Assembly: GCA_951804945.1 (NCBI GenBank)
Contig: OX638149.1
Location: 87,172,001 to 87,236,000, forward strand
DNA from: Podarcis cretensis
Taxonomy: Eukaryota
Reading direction: 5' to 3'
Length of the DNA stretch: 64,000 nt
In this document: positions 37,914-51,700 of the stretch, piece by piece
Layout of the letters: the number at the start of each line of letters is the position of its first letter
Numbering within the stretch: position 1 is the stretch's first letter
The notes under the pieces: model-generated
Database searches by the model: none
What the model saw: only the letters and a program-made list of their open reading frames with translations
What the model was told of the DNA's origin: nothing
Position numbers and translations under genes: made by a program

Positions 37914-40054
37914 ATTGGGAACAGGCAGATTTGGAACTCTCTCTGTGCCTACATATGTGCCTGAAGGAATATGCCATTTTCTAAAGAGGGGCAGGGTTTA
38001 GACTTGTCAAGGAGTGAATCTTGGAGGAGGCAGAACCTGAGGCTGTCTTGGCTTCACTGCTCTTCCTGCCTGACATTCCCAAGTGGTTTGGCCCAGGGAC
38101 GCCCTAGCCCCAGCTCTCCCTTTGCCCGAGTGTGAGATAGTGGGGGCCGGCCCTGGTAGCAGCAGTGGGGCGGTCTTCCTTCTTAAGCTCCTGTTACACA
38201 AATGAAAGGTTTTTAGTCGGAAAGACTCGGAGAGAGTAATACATCTGGCGTATTGATCGCAGGCCAGGGACCAAGGCACGGCTTAAACAGTAATTGATTT
38301 CCAGCCGCCGAGCCGTGTTGGGGAACATTGATTTAACAGCACTGCAGACACTGCTACTAATCTGATTAAAGTCTTTAGCAGGAATGTTATTCTAAAGAAA
38401 CACGGGCAGAGTTGGGGGGTGGGGAGTGAGTGAGAGGAGACCAAGGGGGGCACTGGGTGGGGTGGGGGGCTGGGGGGAAGGGGCTTTGAGAGCAGAAGGG
38501 GGGAGACTGCAGGGAGGACTCCCTTAAGCAAGCCATACCCGTGGATTCATGCAGTGAGGCTCGGACAGGAGGGAAAATTCAGGAGCTTGTGCACATGAGG
38601 GTGACACAACCCATTCCACTTGTGGCCCTGGACGCTAGCTCACTAAATATTAGCCTGCTGGAAACTGGAGATGATTGACAAGACACTGGAGAATTCCACA
38701 GATGAAATTGCCTGGGCTGATCCAGGCTTGCTCGGAACAAGCCACCAGCCAGAAACTGCAGCTGGTACAAGAAGTGGTTGCACAGTTTCTGGCCAGTGTC
38801 AGATAGTCAGAACATATTATGCCAATATGGTACCAGTTGCATTACTTAATGGTGCATTTCAAAGCTCAGTTTAAACTGCTTGTAAATATATTTAATGCCC
38901 TGAATGGTTTGGGGTGGGGTTACCTGCCTGAAGGAGTACCTGTACCCAGGACAACCAGTTGGGCTTCAGATATGGTGTTAAGAGCAGGTTGTTGATAACA
39001 TGCTGAATTTATGTTGGTAGGGTATATAGTTTTTGTGATGACTTTTTTAGGTTACTATGAGGTTTAGTTGTATTAACATTTTCCAACTCTTTTTATATTT
39101 GTTATTTTTCAACCAGAGGGCCTGAGCCCTAGGATTTTTGTGGGCATCTGATGAGACCCCAGCCACTCATCATCATCATCCCTATAATATAAACTAGGAT
39201 ATGCAAATTTGTGCTAGGGACTTGTGATCCAACTCCTTTTAGTTCCTATCAATGTCTCCGTCTATCAGCCAAGAATCTGTACAGTACATGGATCTTGAAT
39301 GCCCTTTACACACCACTGCAACATAGTCGAAGCAATTTTCTATGGTAGTATCCCAAGGTCCACAGGTAGATGGACAAGGCTGAATGAATGCCTGTTCCCC
39401 ACAGAATCCCTGTGGATGGTTCCATCTACCAGCTGAGTGTGGCTAGAGGAAGACATTAGTAGACAAACTGTCCTTGGTCCCAGTGCTCCATTTACCACCC
39501 CTGGCTCCCAGGTAGACCTTGGGCTACCTGTCCATAACTATGAAAAAAGGACACCTCACATGGAAGGATGAGCTCCTCTTCTTCCCAAGCTAGATGAGGA
39601 GATGGGAAACACACCATGGCATTGCCAGCACTTGGCATAGAGAACATGGGGCACCAGTCTTAGCAGATCTCCAGGTTCATACTACCTATGCTGCATTCTC
39701 CAGAAAGCTGAAACTAACATTCTCTCTGAGTTATTTAGAAGTGGGATAAGATGTGTTTGGGTAAAGGGAGCTGTCCGAACTCACAGTAGGGACACCTGAA
39801 TGAACACAGGTGTTTACATTCATTGTTTTCTGTTTTGTCTCATATCAATTGTAGTGGCACCCTACTAGAGGGCTCAGCATGTTCTTCCCACGTAGCAGAG
39901 ATTCTGGAACCACTTCACTTGTCTTTATGACATGTTCCTTGGTAGAGTTGGCCTCTGCCTGGTCTCAAGATCCCAGTATCTCCTCTTCTGTTCCTCTCAC
40001 CTTCCCAGTCAGCTCTGCTCCCAAAGCTCTAATCCACCCTGCTCTCCTGTCCCA

Positions 40055-40270
40055 GCATTATTGCTTTGCCGCACTGATTTAAATCAAGGCGATTTAAATC
40101 AGTAATTTAAATCACCAAGAGAAGAGATGGGCTTAAATCATTGATTTAAATCAAGTTTCCCATTTATACTCCGGCTATTTCCTAAACAAACATGCATACT
40201 AATTGGCTGATATAAACGTTTTAAAAATGTTGATTTACAACTAAGTAGAGTCTTTATGCTACCTAGAAGG
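40055..40270 (+). mobile_element. DNA-transposon end with GATTTAAATC subterminal repeats (hAT-Tip100/Zaphod-like)
   Basis: Five copies of or close variants on (g)atttaaatc within ~80 bp (40076-40152). Confidence 0.5.
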
Positions 40271-40589
40271 TAATCCAAGTGTTTTGCTCATGCAGTCCAC
40301 GTGCATTTGCACTGCAGTCTTAAAAACCATTTAGGGAAGGGGCAATTGAGTGCACACCTTGGAAATATCCCCATGCATAAGCTCCCACGTTCTACTGCCA
40401 TCTCAGCCCTGTCCCATTTTGGATGAATTTAAGCCCACACATATTTCCTTCTCTGCATAGCATATCCCAGTGCTTTTGTCCTGCAGATACTCATCATTTT
40501 CCCTAGATCCCAGAATAGCAAATGCTGTTGGACTTAAGATCCAATTGACTGTTATACGTGTCAAATAGGATGAATAAGTGTGTGAACAG

Positions 40590-41075
40590 GTAGGGTGCTT
40601 AGATTGGTCAGGGCAACCACTTGCACTCTGGATCCTTGCCTCTCTTGGCTGATAAAAACTGGCTGGCTGAGCCTAGGAGGTGATCAATGACGCGCTGCAA
40701 GAGGAGGTGGTCCCTGCTTGCTTGAAGGAGGCGGTGGTAAAACTACTACTCAAGAACACTTTCCTGGATTTGGAAAATCTAAGTACCTGCCAGCCAGTTG
40801 CCAATCTGTCCTTCTTGGGCAAGGTTCCTGAGTGGGTGGTCATAGACCAGATCATGGGCATAGCCAAGGAGAGGCAAGGAGGGACAGCTGCCCCCCTAAA
40901 TCAATAAAAACACATAGCTAACTGAGGTTCTGCACCCCCTACAAAAGGTCTGCTTCCCCCACAAAACCCTGGCTACGCCCATGGACCAGATCCTGGCACT
41001 CTTGGAGGAAACAAATTTTCTAGATCCATCACCATCAGGGTTTATGGCCGGTCTTGACCCAAAAACTGCTCCTCG
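40590..41075 (+). mobile_element. L2 RT fragment interrupted by a hAT MITE
   Basis: VVPACLKEAVVKLLLK..QPVANLSFLGKV..VIDQI, then LALLEETNFLDP..SGF after the insertion. Confidence 0.85.
40853..40983. mobile_element. 131-bp hAT MITE
   Basis: TIR catgggcatagcca / tggctacgcccatg; perfect 8-bp TSD GACCAGAT (40845-40852 and 40984-40991). Confidence 0.9.
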
Positions 41076-42353
41076 ACCTCTCAGCAGTTTCCAGTACCAT
41101 TGGCCATGGTATCCTTCTGGAGCGGTTGCCTCCCCCTCCATATTTTAATATCACCAAAGGCTAAATGGGCAGGCTCCATGGGGTTTGAGCCTGAGCACGT
41201 TATAAATCATCCAGGCAGAATGAGTATCTTTCCTAATCAAAAGCTTACATTTAGTCAAAAGAAATCAGGCTAAGATAAAGGACAGTTTGAAAATGAAAGC
41301 TTTGCTGCAAAGATTAATTATCAGTGCCTAGAAATTCCGAAGGCCATTGTGCAAGACCAATGCCAGGCGAGCTTGGCCAGCAGCACCCCCCACTTCCTAA
41401 TTCTCTGTTCTAAAAAGAAGAAAGAAAGCACCACAGAGCCAGAGAGTAACAGGAAGCAGAAAAACAACAACACCCATTATTCTGCCCAGAGAGCTGCTTT
41501 ATTGGGGGGAAGAAATCATGTGGCTAGGGACAAGAAAAGGAGGACCTCGCCTCCAGGGTCTACAGACCAATAGCAGTCCTAAGTGCCACAGTGATGTCAC
41601 AGGCAGGTGGTTGGGCTGGACATACTCCCCATTATGACAAAGGAAATTACCATTTTAATTGATTTCCCAGGAGTTACAGGATAGAAGGAGAGGAATTCAA
41701 GGACTCATTAATCAAAACATTTGCTCTGTCTGGAAGGGTGTTTTCCCCCTAATAGAAAACAAAAGGATGTTGATTTTGCCTGATATCCAAGGAAGAAAAA
41801 CATATCAGGAGACTGATAGCTCATTGACTCTAGCAGGCAAGCTGTGTTTTTCCTCCTGACTTAAAATGGAGGTTATGTCCTAACATGGCTGCACATTCAG
41901 TCACAGAGAAATACAAATATTAGTAACAATATCAGCACAAGTTCACTTTCTCTCTCAACAGGTGACTTTCATGCACCAGGTCATAACTTCTCTTGCACTT
42001 TTACTTGATAACATTGCCTTGGGGTTCCCTGGACCCAGGTGGCCCCTTCTTTAACACCCAACCAGCATGAATGAAGATCAAAGCTCCATAAAAGGCTCAG
42101 AATAAATCTGCAGTCATTCACCTGGGCAAGAACTGCTCATCCCAGATGTTCTGAGCAGCAAACCTGATGCTCCTCTTGTGCATTTCCCCCTTGCTACACC
42201 TTGAGCCCCAAACAATCTGACACAAATATGTGGGATGCATTAGTCCCAAAGAGGGCCCTCAAAGTACTTATGTGGCCTCACCCTGGTATGCAGAAGAGCA
42301 AGGAGCACTGAGATGCCCAAATACGTTAATGTCAGAAAGCATCATAAACTATC

Positions 42354-42527
42354 ATGAGAACATTAGGGGCTCCCTTATTACTCAGGCCATTGAGCCATCT
42401 AGCTCAGTACTGTTGACACTGACTGGCTGTGGCTCTTAATGGTTTCAGGTAGGAGTTTTTCCCAGCCAGGGATTGAACCTGGGAGCTCTTGCAGGGAATG
42501 TCCTTCCATTGAGCTAAGGCCCTTCTT
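42354..42527 (-). mobile_element. tRNA-derived SINE (Squam3-like)
   Basis: The reverse strand has A box tagctcaatgg and B box ggttcaatccc; body matches the 47819 copy. Confidence 0.7.
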
Positions 42528-43713
42528 CCTGCAAGCCTGAGTACAAGTCTGGGGGTGGAGGGATTACAGGCTTGGCGGTCTTTGGTTTTCCTCGACACCT
42601 TGGACTTTTCCTCCTCCAAGCAACATTCCAGCCTCCGAGTTATTTCTTCAACCAGATTTCCTCCTTCTTAGTACTCACAAACTTTATGCCCCCCTTCTCT
42701 TTGATTGCACTGTGGGGCATACATTAATTATCCACTGGGACTGACAGAGAGGTTGACAGCTAAAGGGAGTTTTCTGCCCATGGAAGAAGGAAGTGTCTTC
42801 TATTTCTGGTTGAATAATAGATGTGTAAATATGTGTGCTTAACAGGAACATTCTCTCTCTCTCCCTCTCTCCCTCATCCATACACACATGTGGCTGGTCC
42901 TCACCATCTGTAACAGTATTAATGGGAAAGCAGGCCAATTGTGATGGCCTCTTCCAAGGCACAATGTGCTTGTATTTCAGCTGTTTCCTCCCATTCTTGC
43001 CTGGCTTGACTCCACAATTTGCCTGCACTAGGTAGTGATCGCATACTGGGTGCCACCCTGATGGAAAGTACCTTTCTGAGCCAGGACATAGCAAGCAACT
43101 GTCATGCATGCATGATCCTGAATGACTGGAAGTTGGAGCAACTGGTGGTGAAAAAAAGGTGCAATTATGTTCAGATTAGAGAGGCAGGCTCCAGTGTTTC
43201 ACAGGACAGATATACCAGTATATATACACATGCTACTTGAAAGGCTACTAGGGAATAGGATTCCTTGTCTCTCCAAGCTTCCTATTCCAGGGCACATGGT
43301 GTTAAATTTGCAGTGTCCCAAGCACAGCGGAATGATGAGGAGTACGTGCCACATACTCTATATTACTTTATTTACACTTCAAAGCTGGTAGATTACAGAA
43401 AAACATCTTGCCTCTGCCGGAGCAGAGAAAGCATCCTCTCTCCTCTGAAGCACGGAGAGAACACTGTGAGAACAGTGAAAAACAGGAAACCAGTGTACGT
43501 CACATCCAGTCTCCTTTCCCGTGAGAAACTCCAACAGCAACTCTGACTGGAATGTAAACATTGTCTTGTGACAAGCATTTCGCTGCACAGTGAAGAGAGC
43601 AGAAACCAACACATGGTTCTTATAGAGACATCATCCACCCACCATTAAAAGGGGTAATTTATCGGGGTAATTTGTTGATCCCTGCAATGGGTGGTTGGTT
43701 CGGTGCTGAGTTA

Positions 43714-43934
43714 GGGCTTCTCCACACTGGACCAAAATTTGGACGCCCATTCCATTGTTGTCTCAGACCTTTCCCACTTTAAATACAGGTTTTCCCAATG
43801 TGGACTTTCCAAGGATCGAAAAACCCACATTTAAAAGGGGAATGGCCAGTTCACCATTGGGATGAGGATGCCTTTACATTAATGGGGAGACAGGCCAGCA
43901 CAAATACACACTTTGCTCCGGTGTGGGCAAGCCC
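43714..43934. mobile_element. Harbinger-like MITE
   Basis: TIR gggcttctccacactgga / tccggtgtgggcaagccc, flanked by tta / tat. Confidence 0.6.
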
Positions 43935-44435
43935 TATGTCCACTATGCCTTGTTTACATATTCTATATTGTTTATATATTGAGGAAGTAATTCATACCTG
44001 ATCAGCTTACACATATCAGTTCTCTACCTGGTATCTGCACCTCACTTTGCACCCTGTTGTAGAACTGCACATAAATGTTTAAGAACTGCTGGATAGAGTA
44101 ATGAGAATATGGACCAGCTGCAAAGGAAGCCTGCGCGTAACTTCAAGCTATCTTTAATTCAAGAATCTAAAAATGCAATAGCTGCTTTCTTGTACCTGGT
44201 GGCGTCTTTCTCCTTCAGAATACTCTGTTCCTTGCCAAAATGCTGATATTCTTGCTGAGTGGACCATGGGAAAGTTCAATGTTCTTTCATTTATCCTTAA
44301 ACCTCAGAATCCCTCCATCTGGAAGAAATTCCCATGCCAGCCCCACCTCCCCAAACTGATCCACTCTGGCTCCGGATTTGCAAAAGCCATGCAAGAAAGC
44401 AGGATCTATTTGTAAACAGCAGGCAAAGACTGATG

Positions 44436-44478
<43 letters not shown>
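44436..44478 (+). repeat. (CT)n(CA)n microsatellite
   Basis: Seen directly. Confidence 0.95.
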
Positions 44479-44483
<5 letters not shown>

Positions 44484-47400
44484 TGCTCCCCCTCCATCTG
44501 CTTTGCCAGTTATCTTGCTTAACTGTATTGTCAAAGAAGTTTATCAGAGAAAGAAAATATCCTGCATTAATCCAGCCAATGGTGAGTTGGAATGAACTCC
44601 TGGACTATTAATGGCTTTGGAGAGAAGAGGGAATTTAAAAAAAGCATGGGGACAGACTACATGCAACTGCATGCAACTGGTTTTTGTGTTGTCCACACAA
44701 TGTTGTCTGCACCCAACTGGCAGCCTGCACTTCCCCCCATTGAATTCTTATTTTCCCAATCCCTGGATAATGCAACAACATAACTCCAACATACAACTGT
44801 GTGCTATCCAAGTATGGACACACTGAAGCACATTGTCTGGGCAGGATTGTGGGGTCTTTTTTGCATGTCAATGTTTTGCTGGGTGCCATCAACCACTGTA
44901 TCCCCTACTCCATTTACTTGTCATCTGAGCTCAACCCATCCAGGAAAGGATGCAGCTTTCCTGTTTCCACCAGCTGTTGCTTAAGGCATGTTCACAGCAA
45001 TCTTTTTTAATTTTTTAAAACAACTGTTTTGTGTGGAATTGCTCTTGCACTAAACATCTGTATTAAATCCAAAACTAAAATTGGCCCTTGCGGGTACATA
45101 AGGAGGTTAAGGCAAGGAAAAAGAAAAACACATCTCCAAATTCCTCTCCCCCAAATCACTCTCCCCATCCTGCCTTTCCATGTGTGCTTATGTGTGAAAC
45201 ATACTGTTTATGTTCTTCTCCAAGCTGAACTGTGGCTTTCTGTGCTGGTGGGGGGAATCTGAAGATTGGAGGTGCCCTTGCCTTCCAACTATCCAGCCGT
45301 TCTTTACACTGTTGAGATGGTCCTTAATGAGGTGCTGGCTCTCCCCTTAGCAGTACCAAGCATGATGCAAAAATAGGTTTTGTGTAGATCCAGCAGATTT
45401 GTCTATTGTGAAACATGTGTGGAACTTTGGTGAAAGCTCAGTATTGCACTAATCTAGGGACAAAACATTTTTAAAAAATAAAGTCTGTGTGCAGAGGTAA
45501 ACAAGTATACCTATTTGCATGCCCACAATGGATCTCAGGTTTCTGGACCTTCTGGAAGGCTGGGAAGTAGTAACTGAAGGGAAGGGGCAACAACACACAA
45601 CAGGAATGCATTCCATCAAGCACCACCCAATTGTGTGGATGGGAAACCTCAAGATAGTTTTAAATGTGCTCGTGTCTCAACAAAAGTGTTCAAAAGCACA
45701 TGTTTTCATGATAAGGAAGGTGATGGGGAAATGTGCTGGAAAGTGCAGGATAATACTTTTTGACACAAAGCCATCTAGCCTCCCTGCAAACAAATCAAAA
45801 TGAATGCTCATTAAATAGTCAACATCGCTGAATCTCCCTGCAAACAAATCAAGACTAATGCTCAGTAACCAGGTCATCTGGAAGCTCCATAGGAAAGCAG
45901 AAGTGTCGGCCAAAGACGGCATTGTTACATTGCGGTTGTCTGTGTAACCCATCTCTGTCTCCTTTTAGCTCACTTGTTTCTACTTTGAATCCAAAACATT
46001 CCATCGATATACTTAGATTTTTAGTTTTACCACAACTCCCGGATGTTCAATAGAAGCGTTGGTCATTGGCAGATTAAAGAGCAGCAGAACCAGCAATGCC
46101 TTTTTGAGTGCTCTTGCAACCTGGACTTTGAGGGAGGAGGTTTATCGGATGGGAGAGGGAGGAACAGAGGGAAGAACTGAAGGGTGTCACACACTATTTT
46201 TGATAACACAAAATACTGAAGCGCCCTGCTTATGCCCTGCCTCCTTTCCCCTTATCATTTTTGGGAGTAGTGAAGTCCTGCAGTCTCCCCTCCTCCCAGT
46301 TGTTGGATCCCAGGCTGCCTGCATAGCGATAATTAAATTATAATATTTATGAGGATTTTACATCTCCTGCCAGATGGAACTGCGACCAACAGCAAGAGGT
46401 GGAGCCTCCTCTCCCTCCAGCCCCTCACCCCACCTGTTCACTGCCTGCCATACCCCATTCATAGGAAGGAGGGAGAAAACCCAGGAGCAGGCAGAAGGCA
46501 GGCTGCAGCAAGGAACACAGGTCACCCAGCAGCTCACTCTGTGCAGTTCCTATTTTTTGGCAGGCAAGCTACCAGTGGTGAATGGTTCCCATTGGGGCAG
46601 ACGGAATGAAGTGTGTGTCACTGAATTCCACCCCCTCCATTTCAAGCACTCTTATACCACTTTGTATACTGTAGCTCTGTGAGGAGCCTCCTAAAAACTC
46701 TTAGCACCCTTAACAAACTACAGTTTCCAAGATTCTTTGGGAAGCAGTTTAGGGGTAAAGCAACTCAACAGGGCATTTCTTCCAGGGAAGGGAATTCAGA
46801 TTTTTATTTTTATTTTGGGGGGGGGGGACAAATGCAGTAAGGAAGTTGAGTCAGTGGGAAACCAAATTGGTCACCAGACCCCCACCTCCCCTCAAAACAA
46901 ACCAATTATACTAAACCTGAAAGTGGACCTTGAGCTATCAGAGTACAAAATGTATTATGGAAAGGTGGTGGCGGAAGGTTTGGTGGTTATCCAAGATGAA
47001 AAGCCTGGGTCCATTGTCTCTTTTCCAGGGCAGAACTATGTAGTCCCGGTGCCCATCATTAAGGCAGAATAGCAACATTAGGAGAAAAGTTCACTCCTGG
47101 GTGACAAGCTGTTCAGACACATAATGCTTTTCTTGTATGACCTCATTTGAGTGACTTCAGAGAGATGATGATTTGGATTTACCTGCCTAGTTACCATTGT
47201 GGCATCTGGAGTGTCAACAGTGACATCTGGAGTGTCGGCTACGTGCTGCGTCTGACACGGGAAGGTTGCTTCTGCTTGGAATTCTTTGTTATGAAAAGTG
47301 TACTGTAGGTGGTTATTGTAAAGGTGGGTTTGTGGCTCTGACATCTGTCTCCACTACCCCCTCACATCCCCAGAAAGGGAGCATGTGACCTGACACCTTC

Positions 47401-47818
47401 TCAGCTGAGTAGCTGACACTATTTTCTGATTCTGGTATACTATTTGTTTTCTTCCTTTTGGACACCTTGCCTGCACACTAACTCCAGACACAAAGTCATT
47501 AGAAATCCAGGAACCACTGCCCCGTGAACCCATGAGAATTAGAGCTACTTCATCATCCACAGTTTACCTTGATGTGTATATGAAAGAGCACTACATCTCC
47601 TGTCAGGCTCTCCACTCCCATGGTGCGGTGAGAAAGGGCCTTTCCAATCTCCTTTTCTGGCATCTGGTTAGGAGGAGAACCTAGAGGTGCACATTCTGGG
47701 CCCTGATTCTGGGCTCTGTTCCAAACCCTAGGCCCTTGCTATTCAAGTGGGAGAATAATACATCCCAAGAAGAAAAGGCTGCAGAACCTTCTTATCCATC
47801 CCTTGGTTTTACTTTACA

Positions 47819-47991
47819 GGGGAGGGCTGTAGCTCAGTGCTAGAGCATCTGCTTTGCATACTGAAGATCTCAGGTTCAATCACCGGTATTTCCAGGAAGG
47901 GCTGAAACTGCTACCAGCCACTATCCGGAAACAGTGCTGAGCTGTATGGATCATTGGTCTGACTTGCTATAAGGCAGCTTCCTATGTTCCT
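47819..47991 (+). mobile_element. tRNA-derived SINE (Squam3-like)
   Basis: ggggagggctgTAGCTCAGTGctagagcatctgctttgca..GGTTCAATCa; CR1-derived tail ataaggcagcttcctatgttcct. Confidence 0.8.
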
Positions 47992-48409
47992 GTGTACTTC
48001 TGAACCAGAGCTCCTCTTTCTGTGGTTGTTCCCAAGTACGACACCAAAGCACTTTTCTCATTTCCTGCCAATGTAACACAAATATAATACTCACTCTGGC
48101 AAAAATATGTTGTCTTGTCAAAAATTGCTGCTTGTACCCAGCATTGACACACATGCACACAAATAGTGCACCGGAAGCTCAAAGGCACTGTGAGTGTTGG
48201 CTGCAAAGATGCCCTGGAGCTGTGCAAAAGGAAGTCTAGATGGCTCAGAGGAAAGCAGCCTGCTGGGAATCAAAAGCACTGATTAGTGCTGTGAGAGCCT
48301 TCATAACTTCCTTCTGTGGCACTGCAGGCTGTTGATCGGGTCATGACATTGGCCCAGATCAATAAGGTTATGCTCTGGAAAAAGCACCAGACACAGCTTG
48401 TGAGGTAGT

Positions 48410-48720
48410 AATAAGAACACAAGAGCCCTGGTGGATCAGGTCAAAGGCCCATCAAGTCTAGCATTCAATTCTTACAGAAGCAAATCAGATGACCACGGGA
48501 AGTCTGCAGATAGGACCTGAGTGCAATAGCCCTCTGCCCACGCAATTGCCAGAAAGTGGTATTCAGAGACATACTGCCTCCAGCGATATAGAGCATATTC
48601 ATCATGGCTAATAGCCACCGATAGCCTTAATCCTCCAATGGTAGGAATGGATGAGCATTGCCACCCAAGGCTTTCTGGCAGGAAGATATGAGGATACATG
48701 ATGCTGGCTTCTCTTAGGGT
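48410..48720 (-). mobile_element. CR1 LINE 3' end fragment
   Basis: ataagaacacaagagccctggtggatcaggtcaaaggcccatc.. and aatagccaccgatagccttaatcctcc are the reverse complement of the CR1 3' UTR. Confidence 0.75.
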
Positions 48721-51700
48721 GAAGATGGACGTAATGTGATGTGATCCTGAGGGTCAAGGTGAATCCTAGCTGTGGTATAATTCCAGCACCACACCTTGCC
48801 TTACACATCTGCACACCAGAAAGAGAATCCTGACTCAGCTATCAGTCTTGCCTGTCCACTTATAAACATTTTTTATGTATTCATCCCTAGATTTTATATA
48901 CACACAGATCTTTCTCTGGATCCAAGATAAGATTTGCTAAGATAAGTTGGTGCTGACATAGGTACTAGCCAATAGGAGTCCCGCTTTTCATACTGAAACA
49001 CTGCAGAACTGTCCCCCTCTTTCCCCACAGTTCACCCCATGACAGAAGGTATATTTTTCTCTGATGGCAGTGCCACCACTTTCAGACTGCCCCTACTGCT
49101 CTTTATAAAGCCGTGTCTGTCCTCCCCTGTCCTAGTGGCAGTTTAGATGAGGAGTAGTAGAAGGAGAAGTTCTCTCTTCGATAGATCTCAGTGTATGAGA
49201 GAGGTCACTGTGTGGTACAGGAGGGAGTTTCCTGTTTTCTCCAAACAGAAGGCTGTGCCAGTCCAGTCACTCCCCTCCTGCCAAAAAATCCACCTCCCCC
49301 TGGAGCCACTAGGGAAGCAGTCCCCAGCTCTGCCTCAGTTCTTGCTATCGATTCTTTCATTTCCGGCTTTATTATCTTTACGCCGCACCAGAGAAAGCTT
49401 TAAATAATTCACCAACGTGAACCCGACACAGATGTTCCCGGAGGCAGCTGGATGTGGAGACCAGGCTGTGTCTGAGCTGCTGAGATAGCAGCTTCCCTGG
49501 GGCCGGCTGACGAAGCTGGGGCTGTTCCAGTGTGTGTGTGTTGGGCGGGGGGTTGTGGGACGACAGATCTCAGCAGGGAAGAAAAGTGGAGTTTGGAGCT
49601 GCACAAAATCATTGGTTGCAAATCCAGGGTGGGGTGCCAAAGCAGAAGTCCTAGAATCCTTCCTTGGCTGTTTCAGCGCTGCTCCCTTAGCTCTTCCAAC
49701 AGCCCTTAGTGCTAATACAACACACACACCCCATCCAAACTCCCCTGTTCCCTCTCAAACTAATGAGCCAGCTATACATTCAGGGCAAACCTGTTGACTG
49801 GATGGATGAATGAATGGAACATTTGCTCTGGAATAATGGGGCTCAATGTTGCTGACAGTAAGATGGAAGGCTGGGAGTTGGCAGTGAGTAAAGGAAAGGA
49901 AGAAGGAAAGAGAGTGAGATACAGAAACGTGTTCTGGTGGGAAGCAGTGGGAGGTTCTGTATGTCCTGGGAAAGGAGGCTAAGGAGAGGTAGCCTTCAGA
50001 TCTAGGCGAGATGTACGCATGTAGACCCAGCCCATGGGTCCAGACTTAGAGTTGCACCCATACGGACTACCCTTAACTCTCTTGAATGCTCCCAACATCA
50101 AACACAAGCTTTTCCTTACCCTACGTTGCCAACCATGAGTCCTGCAATGACTAATCAATCAAAAGATAAAGAGAGACATTTGTCTTGAGTGGGAAAGAGA
50201 GTAGTGGAGAGATGGTGCTGTTTTTGAAGAAACCCTTGGTATACAAGGACCAAGGGAGTTGGAGGAAGAAGCACGAGCCTTGGCTGGTGGAGAAGCAAAA
50301 GAAGACGTCTCAAAATAGTGCTCCCAGCAGTCAGGTTCCCACACCACAAGTGCCCTGTGCCTTGCAGAGTAAGCACTGTGCTCTAAGGGTGCGACATAGG
50401 CACCAGTACTGGTTCCATCACCTAAAAGTGTTCTGTCAGGCCAATCCCTGTCCACCAGGCCCCACAAAGGCCGATTCTCAGAAGTTGCTCCTCGAGTCTG
50501 AATATCTTTTTTCACAAGACACAAGATAAATGCTCAACTGACTAAGTTTCTGCTCTCTTCCCTTATGTTGTTTTGGATCCTAGTCTCTGCGCTGACTAAA
50601 TCAGCTGCCTCTGGCCATTTCGACCTATGGCACTTGCCTCTGAAATATGACCCTTGTCATATTTTGTGCTGCCAGCCTCCAGACCTTCCACTGCTGCCTT
50701 TGGAACCTGACCTCTTGCCCTTCTTGGACTATGTTACCTGCCTTTCTGGGCCCTTTGACTGCCATTACTGGGACTTGACTCATGCCTGCCCAGGACCAAC
50801 CTGCTTCCTTCTGGCACCTTGCACTGATGGTCCATAGGCCCTGAAATGGAATCACTGGAGGTTCCAATAACTACTAGCTCCTGATAGGAGATGTAAACAT
50901 AGGAGCTAGGAAAGTGAGAGGGGTGGGTGTGTGCGCTCAGGACACGTTCTGGATCAGGAGGAAAAAATGAGGGGTTTTATAGACTCACACCCCTCCCAAA
51001 TACTCAGGGCTATTGAACTGGAAGTTCCTTCTCAGGTCTCCTGATGCTGCCCAGTCCAAACACACAACTTCCTTGCTCCCAGCCCGGGGCTTTCCCCTCC
51101 TCTCCCAGCTTGGCTGATGATGCTCCTTGTCCCTGAAATGCACCCTTCCGCCCCCACCACTTCAGCCTCAAGTATTTCCTGTGTCAAAATAGATTTATTC
51201 CCAGACAAAGCACCATTCGCCTGGTGCTTGCTCTGGCTGTAAATACAGATCAATAATTTAAGGGGGTAAAAACTATTAATAGAACAGGGGAAAGAAAAAA
51301 AACATGTTCACCGGAGAGATGGGGAAGTCACAGCCAAGGTCACCTTGGAACATGATCAGTGGTGTGTGATGAGGGGAAGAACTGGGGGTTGCTCTGTAGG
51401 TATCAAGGGAAAGGTTCAACCCTATATAATGAGAGTGGGTTCAGTGAATGGCCAGGCACTTTGTAGGTCATCCACAGACCAAAGAGCTTCCGTTGTCTTG
51501 GGTTGTTGGGTTATCTGTTGTCCCTAATCGAGGTGTGAGTATGCTCTGTCTAGGCTCTGTGGTTTGGGCCTGAGAGCTGTGCCTGAGTGGTGGCAGCACA
51601 GCAGACAAAACCTTATGGCTCCATCCATTTCCATGTTAGCCAGTACAGGAGGCAACATCCTGGAGGCTGGAGCTTGTGAGGGTTCCATTGTAGGCAGAGC

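Noticed and set aside
39145-39175. CTGATGA hammerhead-like cores (also ~13456 and ~56875)
   Set aside because: No stem II or GAAA core follows.
43548-43558. TGGAATGTAAA, the start of miR-1
   Set aside because: The remainder does not match and no precursor arm is visible.
47199-47237. Short tandem duplications (also ~9403-9437, 15754-15774, 63008-63040)
   Set aside because: Ordinary slippage-type duplications with no further signal.
47819-47895. tRNA-like A and B boxes
   Set aside because: Head of a SINE that continues into a CR1-derived tail; no intact cloverleaf.
48401-48410. TGAGGTAGTA, the first 10 nt of let-7
   Set aside because: The match stops at 10 nt and runs straight into a CR1 tail; no hairpin partner.
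50380-50930. Possible LTR-like sequence
   Set aside because: Could not define TG..CA ends or a TSD; too uncertain to call.
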